Sequence record: MK250019.1
Strand: one strand, 5' to 3'
DNA: 64,000 bases
Position 1 is the stretch's first letter. Every line of letters begins with the position of its first letter. Position numbers and translations under genes: made by a program. The notes under the pieces were generated by a model, which saw only the letters and a program-made list of their open reading frames with translations, had not been told where the DNA came from and made no database searches. Shown one piece after another: positions 56,994 through 64,000 of this stretch.

Positions 56994-57956
56994 ATGATGG
57001 AATAGAATAAAAATAAGAAAAAGATATTAATATTACTGATGTCATGTAATATAGAATTCTTTTAGAAAGAAGAAGAACTTTGTAAACAAACATAGCTTTC
57101 TAATATTGATTAGTATGATAATATAGACTATTTTATATATACAGCATCAGACAATGATAAATGTTATATAAGTACAAACAATCATAAAATAAAAGTACCA
57201 ACTAATGATGATTTGTATTCAACATTATCAAAAACATTATTAACATTACAAGTATTAGAACAAATACAAATATTATAGAATTATGATTATATATTCAGAA
57301 CAAATTTATCTACTTATATAAATATTTCTTTATTAAATGAATTTGTATAGAATATAAAGGATGATAATATTACATATGCAACTGAATGTTATATAACAAA
57401 AGAACAAGGACCATATAAGTATTGTATATTTCCATAGGGTAATGGTACATTATTATCTCGCAAATTATATAAACAATTTACGTTTGATAATTTCTACAGA
57501 TATATGGAAATATATAAAGATATTTATAAACCGGATGTAACAGCAAGCATTGATGATAATGGTATGGGATTTATCTTAACATGTTATTATTTGGAAAACA
57601 AGTTTGATATATTTGACATGTTTTAGGAATTTGGTTTTGTTAGACCGGAATATCTGCATGAACCAGATCCATATTATGATAATATAAATGATTTTAATAA
57701 ATGTATAGCAATTTCATATAGAGTTTTTAAGAATAGAACTTTATAGAATGAATCTGATAACTGTATGTATATTCACAGGAATATAAAATACGATAATACA
57801 GATTTATCATTTATAAATAAATGGTTATAGAAAGATATGATTCATCTTGTTGTTACATATTTAATTGATGATATTATTATAAAACAAGATGCATTAAATA
57901 TTCTTAAATATAATAAAGATTTTAGAAATATACCATATATTAAATATGAAAGATAA
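56994..57956 (+). CDS. Glycosyltransferase-like protein, TAG-recoded, 320 aa
   Basis: KILILLMSC..YDYIFRTNLSTYIN..QGNGTLLS..SIDDNGMG; TAA at 57954-57956; not in the track. Confidence 0.7.
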
Positions 57957-58893
57957 GAAAATAATTATATTGTCAATGTGTTGTAATTAGGAATTATTTC
58001 AGTAGTAGGAATATAGATTACGCACAGAATTATATGCAAAAGATATTTTAAATCATGAATTTAAAAATGTCGATTATTGGACATATACTGCATCTACAGA
58101 TGGTAAATATCATGTAAATAAAAAATTACATAAGATAGAAGTACCAACAGACGATTCATTAAATGGAACATATGAAAAAACATATCAAGCATTTAAATTA
58201 TTAGAACAACTTAATTTAGATTATGATTATATATTAAGAACTAATTGTTCAACATACATAAATGTTAATTTGTTAAAAAGTTTTGTTAATCGATTAACAG
58301 ATGAACGAATAATTTATTCTAATAATGTATATTGCACAAAAGATGGTTCAGGTCCATATGAGTGGAGTTTATATGGTGTTGGTAATTCATTATTATTATC
58401 AAAATTTTGGATTAACATTATATTAAATAATCATATATCTAAGATTAAAAATATTAATGAAAATAAAGCAAGTAAAAGTGCAATATTTGAAATTGATGAT
58501 AATGCTATAGGTTTTACAGTAAATTGTTATTGTCTTCAACATAATTATGATGTATGTTTTATATGGCAGTCATGGAAATCACCATTGCCTAATGTTGATA
58601 TTAATAATGCGGGTGATTATATTGCAATACCGTTTAGAGAATATAATAAAGCAAAAACAAGAGATAATGAGTATGATAAATCATTATATATACATAAGTA
58701 GATAACAGAAAATAATGGTATATATGATGATGATTATATAAAGAGTTTAACAGAAAATCAATACATGCATATATTAGATTTTGATTAGAATATGCATTCT
58801 ATAGTAACTAAAGAGTTCTGTAAGAATTTTATGGATGTCGTTTATTTTCCATATTATTTAAAAAACATAAAAAAGCAAATGAATAAAAAATAA
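57946..58893 (+). CDS. Glycosyltransferase-like protein, TAG-recoded, 315 aa
   Basis: KIIILSMCC..YDYILRTNCSTYIN..VGNSLLLS..IDDNAIG; TAA at 58891-58893. Confidence 0.7.
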
Positions 58894-58897
58894 AGAT

Positions 58898-59107
58898 ATG
58901 GTAGATTTAGAATACGTTAAAGGAAATGTACGTGAAGGATGGATGTTGAATCCAAATGAAAAAATTGTAAATGGAATTATTAAAGGTATTAATCGTTGTA
59001 ATGGTGATTGCCCTTGTAATAATGATTCTGAGGAAAAACATTGTCCATGTTCTAATTATAGAACAAAAGATAAATGTTGTTGTAAATTATATGTTAAACA
59101 AGATTAA
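58898..59107 (+). CDS. Ferredoxin-thioredoxin reductase catalytic subunit-like Fe-S protein
   Basis: LNPN..GL/II..CPC..HCPC..CCCKLYV. Confidence 0.75.
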   Translation: MVDLEYVKGNVREGWMLNPNEKIVNGIIKGINRCNGDCPCNNDSEEKHCPCSNYRTKDKCCCKLYVKQD

Positions 59108-59118
59108 TTTAATTTATT

Positions 59119-59835
59119 ATGGCTAAACATACAATAGATATTATAGAAGGAGTAAAGAATTTTTCACAAATGAAATTATTTACTATTAATAATTCATCAG
59201 AAGAAAATATTTCTTTTTCAAACGATGGATTATATCCTTGTATTAAAGTAACAAAGGAAGAAGTTCAGAAATATATCGAGCAGAATAAATTTTATTATAT
59301 TCATACATATGGTGAAATTTATAATTTAACTGATGATATTTATGGAACTATTCTTGTTTATAATGAAGACGATAATTGTTATAATATTGGTATTATTAAT
59401 ATGTCGTCTGATATTGGTATGAAAGGTGATATTATTACTTTTATCAATTTAACAAAGAGGATTAATAGTGATAATGAATATTGGACACCGAAATATTGTT
59501 TTTATAATTATGAAAAATTTCATAATTACCAGACAACATTAATGTATCTTTTTGATACACGAAAAGAATCGGCAGAAGATTTATTGTTGGATATTATTCA
59601 AAAATATAAATTTAAACTTTCTAAAGAAAAAGCGAATGTCATTACATTAAATAATAAAGAACTATATCAACAGAAATTTGATAAATTATTTAATGAACGT
59701 GTAGAAGAACTTAAAAAAGAAATTGAATCTATACTTAATAATGAAAAGCAAAAATCTGAAAGTGAAATAACCAAATTAACTGAAAAGATTACATATACAC
59801 AGGAAGATTTAAATAAGGTTAGAGAATGGAATTAA
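59119..59835 (+). CDS. Hypothetical protein with C-terminal coiled coil
   Basis: 238 aa. Confidence 0.7.
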   Translation: MAKHTIDIIEGVKNFSQMKLFTINNSSEENISFSNDGLYPCIKVTKEEVQKYIEQNKFYYIHTYGEIYNLTDDIYGTILVYNEDDNCYNIGIINMSSDIGMKGDIITFINLTKRINSDNEYWTPKYCFYNYEKFHNYQTTLMYLFDTRKESAEDLLLDIIQKYKFKLSKEKANVITLNNKELYQQKFDKLFNERVEELKKEIESILNNEKQKSESEITKLTEKITYTQEDLNKVREWN

Positions 59836-60368
59836 TCAGTTATGAAGATTTTAAACAACATGAATCTAAGTCAGTATATGCTGTTATATATTCATCAATA
59901 TTAAATAATGGTATTTTACCATTAGCAGAAGAACTTTCATCAAAGGAAATAGATAATTTAACAGATATATTTAATGATGATAATATAAAACCGGTTAAAT
60001 TTACTCTGGTAAAAACAAGTAACATATTACCATCTAATAATTTATTCATTAAATATATGTTACAACCTATTGATAATAATTGGAATAATCCTAATATTCC
60101 ATATATTTTTTATCGAGAATGTAAAGATAATCCTTTAGTATTTGCAATAATATATAATATAGAAGATCAAACATTGAAATATTCAGTCCCTTATGGAAAT
60201 AATAGGAATATCCATATGTTTTCTACTTTGGAAGAATGTAATGATTATATAACTAAATGTAAGGAAATTATTATACATAATTTATTATCATATTATAAAA
60301 CGAAGATTTCACAGTATACTACTACTGTAAATAAAATTGAGTCAAAAATTGATGATTTTTTATCATAA
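59826..60368 (+). CDS. Hypothetical protein with C-terminal coiled coil
   Basis: 180 aa, overlaps the previous stop. Confidence 0.7.
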   Translation: MELISYEDFKQHESKSVYAVIYSSILNNGILPLAEELSSKEIDNLTDIFNDDNIKPVKFTLVKTSNILPSNNLFIKYMLQPIDNNWNNPNIPYIFYRECKDNPLVFAIIYNIEDQTLKYSVPYGNNRNIHMFSTLEECNDYITKCKEIIIHNLLSYYKTKISQYTTTVNKIESKIDDFLS

Positions 60369-60405
60369 TTTATCAAATATTTATATTATTTTTTAATTAA
60401 TTTTG

Positions 60406-60443
60406 AGGTTTTATTAAAATTAGCCAATATTTTAATAAAACCT
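60406..60443. terminator. 15-bp perfect hairpin, probable terminator
   Basis: aggttttattaaaat-tagccaat-attttaataaaacct. Confidence 0.6.
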
Positions 60444-60500
60444 TAATTTTAATATATACATATTTAAATTAGATAAATAATAAAAATGATTTTTAATTGA

Positions 60501-60773
60501 ATGGAACCAAAAAAACATAGTTCACGCGATGGTTTAAGTGTTGTTGATGTTAATGATACACCAGAAGACGTATATATGGATTCTTTTTTAGAAGATGGTG
60601 ATGACGGTTTCGTAGAAAATATAGAACCAGATAAAATGCCAACAGAAGATTTACGAATTGAAGCGCTTAAACGTGCGATAGATATTGCAAAATTAATGAG
60701 TAACGTAACAACTCAAGACGTTATTAATATTGCAGCTAAGATTGCTGATTATATCAGTAATACATAGATTTAA
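60501..60773 (+). CDS. Acidic protein, paralog A (SNVTT helix motif)
   Basis: LRIEALKRAIDIAKLMSNVTTQDVINIAAKIADYI; TAG-ATT-TAA at the end. Confidence 0.7.
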
Positions 60774-60798
60774 AAATAATATATTTAAGTTATATAAT

Positions 60799-61185
60799 AT
60801 GAATACAACTACATTAAAAGAAAGATTAGGTCTTGATGAAGAAGCCGTATTTGAAGATGGTGTAACAGCAACAGATGACGGTATGACTGATGAAGAACTT
60901 AAGATTGAATCATTGAAAATTGCAACTAATATAGGTAAACTTATGAGCAATGTAACAACAGAAGATATTGTAAGTATTGCAGAAACAGTTGCTAAATTTA
61001 TTAAGGGTGGTGAAGGTGCCTCACTTGAAACTACAAATGATGATAGTTCATCAGATGAAGATAATGGTGAAACAGAAGAAGACTTTAACACTGAAGATGA
61101 AGAAACACCAGAAGAAACACCAGAAGAAACAGATGAAGGAACATCTCCTGCAGCTGGTGAAGATGAAGAAGATTTTGAAATTTAA
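60799..61185 (+). CDS. Acidic protein, paralog B (SNVTT helix motif)
   Basis: ATG 60799; LKIESLKIATNIGKLMSNVTTEDIVSIAETVAKFI; E/D-rich tail. Confidence 0.75.
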   Translation: MNTTTLKERLGLDEEAVFEDGVTATDDGMTDEELKIESLKIATNIGKLMSNVTTEDIVSIAETVAKFIKGGEGASLETTNDDSSSDEDNGETEEDFNTEDEETPEETPEETDEGTSPAAGEDEEDFEI

Positions 61186-61307
61186 TAATATAGGAATAAC
61201 AATATTTAGCGATTTTGTTATTCCTTTTATTTTTATCATAAATAGACTTTATTTATATTTGGATATATAAACTTTAAATATTCATAAAACTAAAAAGAAA
61301 TAAAGTT

Positions 61308-61817
61308 ATGACAGAAGTAAATGTTAATGGATCTATTGATCTTAATGTAAATCGTGGTAAGAGAGTGAATAATAATCAGCGTCCGCGTTTCAAGAAGGAT
61401 GAGCACAAGCCACGTGTAAAGACAGATGAAGAGTATATTGCTCAGCTTAATGCAGCAATGCAGAAGGCAGGTGGACGCTATGTAAAATTTGATAATGTAG
61501 ATCATACAGAAGGACTTATGGTTGCAGGTGTGCAGTCAAATGATGGAAAGTATATGTTTGCTGTAGTAGATCGAGATCGTCATGTTCAGCTTGTAGGAAA
61601 TAATGAACATTTTTCAGTGATTCGTAATGTACCTGCAAGCCTTTATGTACTTGATTATCTTTATCACCGTGAATCAGCAACGTTACATGAAATGGTAACA
61701 AATACATTTGATATTGATAATACAAAACTTATCACAAAGCTATATATCAATGTACATAAGAAAACTACTAAGACTAATAAGAAAGTAAAGAATACAAAGA
61801 AGAACACAAAGAAGTAA
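61308..61817 (+). CDS. Hypothetical protein with basic termini
   Basis: 169 aa, K-rich C-terminus, relatively GC-rich codons. Confidence 0.75.
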   Translation: MTEVNVNGSIDLNVNRGKRVNNNQRPRFKKDEHKPRVKTDEEYIAQLNAAMQKAGGRYVKFDNVDHTEGLMVAGVQSNDGKYMFAVVDRDRHVQLVGNNEHFSVIRNVPASLYVLDYLYHRESATLHEMVTNTFDIDNTKLITKLYINVHKKTTKTNKKVKNTKKNTKK

Positions 61818-61851
61818 GTATCAATAGATTTAATTATTTTACTTCTAATAT

Positions 61852-61888
61852 AGAGATATAATTCAGTATATGAGTTATATCTCTTTTT
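61852..61888 (+). terminator. Intrinsic terminator
   Basis: agagatataattca-gtata-tgagttatatctct plus T-run. Confidence 0.7.
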
Positions 61889-61948
61889 TATTTTATAAAC
61901 TTATACTTTATTTTTAAATATAATATGTAAATAGTTAATTGTACAAAA

Positions 61949-62347
61949 ATGAAAGAACTAAATTCATTCAAAGAATTATTTACATGGAATAAAGAAGAAC
62001 AGCAAGATTTAGAATTTGAAAATTTGAATCTTGTAACTGCTGTTTATTCTGCTAAACGTATAGAAATGTTAAGGGATGAATTTAAAAGTACTTATAAGAA
62101 ACTTACAGATTTATTAGATATTAGGAAATCTGATAAATTACTCAAAGACAGAATAAAAGAATTTAATGCAGAACAATGGATACAACATGTATATTCATAT
62201 ATGAATGCATCTGTTAGAAAATATGAAGATTTAACATATGCAATAAATTTTCATAATATATTATTTCCGGATGAACCTGCATTAGGATTAACAGAAGATG
62301 AAATTAAGATTATAAATCAAATAAAAGGTATAGAAATAATCATATAA
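61949..62347 (+). CDS. Hypothetical protein
   Basis: 132 aa. Confidence 0.7.
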   Translation: MKELNSFKELFTWNKEEQQDLEFENLNLVTAVYSAKRIEMLRDEFKSTYKKLTDLLDIRKSDKLLKDRIKEFNAEQWIQHVYSYMNASVRKYEDLTYAINFHNILFPDEPALGLTEDEIKIINQIKGIEIII

Positions 62348-62350
62348 AAT

Positions 62351-62382
62351 GGGGATTACTTGGTGTGCTGTCAGTAATCCCC
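62351..62382. terminator. GC-rich hairpin between convergent genes
   Basis: ggggattact...agtaatcccc. Confidence 0.7.
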
Positions 62383-62403
62383 CTGTGCTTGTTTAATAGT
62401 TAT

Positions 62404-62793
62404 TTAAAATATGCAGTGAAGTAAACTGCCGATGCAGATTACCAATGTATACTTTAACATGTCCTTATGATCGCATACATCACAAGTTTCTGCTTGCATA
62501 TGATGTACATAACAAGACTGTACAATCATTGCTAATATTGAGAATGTAAAACCACATAAAATAGAAATTAAAAACCATGCAATAAACATGATAGAATTTC
62601 CATTATTTGTTTTTACATCATTCCAAACTTCTTTGAGGATTTCCCATAGATACAATCCAAAAGTTACGAAGAACTTTTTTACTGATTCAAATGTTAAACC
62701 TTTAAAAAAGTTTACTAGATTAATAAATGAACTTAACATATTAGATAATAAATAACTATTTTTAGGAAGTATAATAATTTGTTTATTATACAT
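62404..62793 (-). CDS. Membrane protein (start uncertain)
   Basis: Two hydrophobic segments; TAG-free. Confidence 0.6.
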   Translation of the reverse strand: MYNKQIIILPKNSYLLSNMLSSFINLVNFFKGLTFESVKKFFVTFGLYLWEILKEVWNDVKTNNGNSIMFIAWFLISILCGFTFSILAMIVQSCYVHHMQAETCDVCDHKDMLKYTLVICIGSLLHCIF

Positions 62794-62866
62794 ATATATT
62801 TATTATAGACAAAATTAGAACTTTATTATACAAACATAAGTAAAGACAGATTAGAATATAAAAAAT

Positions 62867-63409
62867 ATGGTAAAACAAAAATATAATTTATCAATAGCGG
62901 AAGAAATGTCTTATGATGAAGATATTATTTGCTTCTGGAAACCTTATGGTAATGACACAATAGGTCCTCATGTATTTTGTCAGTGGTATAAATCAAATTT
63001 CATTGATGAAAATAATATAAAGTTTTCATGTACTGAACAATATATGATGTTTAAAAAGGCTATGTTATTTGGTGATAAACAAATTGCATATCAGATTTTG
63101 TTGGAAACTGATCCATCTAAAATGAAAAAGTATGGAAGACTCATTAAGAATTTTGATGATAAAATTTGGAATGAAAATAAGTTTACTATTGTTTATAATG
63201 GTAATTATTTGAAGTTTACACAGAATGACGAATTAAAGAAATATATTAAATCAACTGGTAATTCTATATTAGTTGAAGCAAGCCCATATGATAATATTTG
63301 GGGTGTAAAATTATCTGCAGATAATGATGATATTTTATATCCAGAGAAATGGAAAGGCGAAAATCTTTTGGGATTTGCATTGATGCAAGTAAGAGATGAT
63401 ATAAAATAA
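62867..63409 (+). CDS. NADAR (YbiA-like) family hydrolase
   Basis: FCQWYKS..TEQYMMFKKAMLFGD..KKYGR..LVEASPYDNIWG..GENLLGFALMQVRD. Confidence 0.9.
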   Translation: MVKQKYNLSIAEEMSYDEDIICFWKPYGNDTIGPHVFCQWYKSNFIDENNIKFSCTEQYMMFKKAMLFGDKQIAYQILLETDPSKMKKYGRLIKNFDDKIWNENKFTIVYNGNYLKFTQNDELKKYIKSTGNSILVEASPYDNIWGVKLSADNDDILYPEKWKGENLLGFALMQVRDDIK

Positions 63410-63429
63410 TATTTAATTTTTAAATTTTA

Positions 63430-63951
63430 ATGACAATGAATATTAATGAAATTATAGAAGAATTGAAAACTTTTTCTGATGAAGATATAATTAAGTTTAA
63501 TAAAGTATTTTCTGATTTTTATAAGCCATACAAGAAGAAGGAAAATGAGATAAAGAAAAAACTCAAGAAACAGAAAGAGGAATTGCAGAAAGTGGAAGCA
63601 ATTAAAGCAGGTGATAAACTTTGTGAAATTTATGGTATTAATGCATATCCTATTTCTATTGTTCATAAAGCATGGGATTGTCCATATAATAGATGGCTTG
63701 ATGATTGTATAGGGGATGATGAGAATATCGGTGATTTATTTGATAATCCAACAGAAGGATATACAAATGATGATATTGAAAATATAGAAAATACATTTTA
63801 CGAGTATTTTTATAATTTTATGTTTGATGAAGATAAGGATTCAAGAAATCTTCGTCCGGGTAGATCATTGTATAGAGTTTATGTAAAAAACACTAATGGT
63901 GAAATAAAAGATATTGATGAAGATGAAATTAGAACTTTTATGCAAGGTTAA
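63430..63951 (+). CDS. Hypothetical protein
   Basis: 173 aa, N-terminal coiled coil. Confidence 0.7.
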   Translation: MTMNINEIIEELKTFSDEDIIKFNKVFSDFYKPYKKKENEIKKKLKKQKEELQKVEAIKAGDKLCEIYGINAYPISIVHKAWDCPYNRWLDDCIGDDENIGDLFDNPTEGYTNDDIENIENTFYEYFYNFMFDEDKDSRNLRPGRSLYRVYVKNTNGEIKDIDEDEIRTFMQG

Positions 63952-64000
63952 AAATTATATAAAATATAAAACACCTTGGCGATACGTTACTTATAATAGA

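Noticed and set aside
3634-63666. Short antisense or off-frame track ORFs (e.g. 3634-3846, 7071-7316, 8334-8588, 15288-15636, 31588-31971, 33384-34039, 51845-52216, 60693-61091, 63427-63666)
   Set aside because: They are shadows of longer genes on the other strand or frame and carry no motifs.

Overview
This very AT-rich window comes from a giant tailed phage that resembles the Lak megaphages of Bacteroidota (Prevotella/Segatella); that assignment is inferred from gene content, host-type TAnnTTTG promoters and recoding. TAG is read as a sense codon (Gln, genetic code 15) in virion, packaging and some enzyme genes, so the supplied ORF track fragments many real genes. Where I checked the stops, TAG-free genes end in TAA or TGA, so they translate the same under either code. 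Layout: (1) 1-22.4 kb holds recoded structural, baseplate and tail-fibre genes plus a minus-strand block with a RuvC-like resolvase and a gp2-like DNA end protector. (2) 24.3-29.2 kb is a translation/RNA-repair cluster: an RNA ligase split into three in-frame pieces by two different TAG-recoded TnpB elements, an Hc1-like protein, a tRNA with anticodon UUA (ochre suppressor), a TAA-interrupted leader, and a PTH2-like gene with a poly-A frameshift. (3) 29.5-37.3 kb holds a clamp loader, a sigma factor, a second ligase and a glycosyltransferase. (4) 37.8-45.7 kb holds a gp4-like nuclease and small accessory genes including a PARG-type macrodomain. (5) 45.8-49.2 kb is an operon of a radical SAM enzyme followed by five paralogs that share an N-terminal MKxQIRxGVFETNSSSxH motif; this is the best candidate for an undescribed system. 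(6) 49.4-64 kb holds a HAD protein, an AAA kinase, recoded structural genes, a DinG-like helicase, two glycosyltransferases, an FTR-like protein and NADAR. There are two assembly gaps (37593-37714, 54682-54703). Family calls come from motif recognition only; no database search was run.
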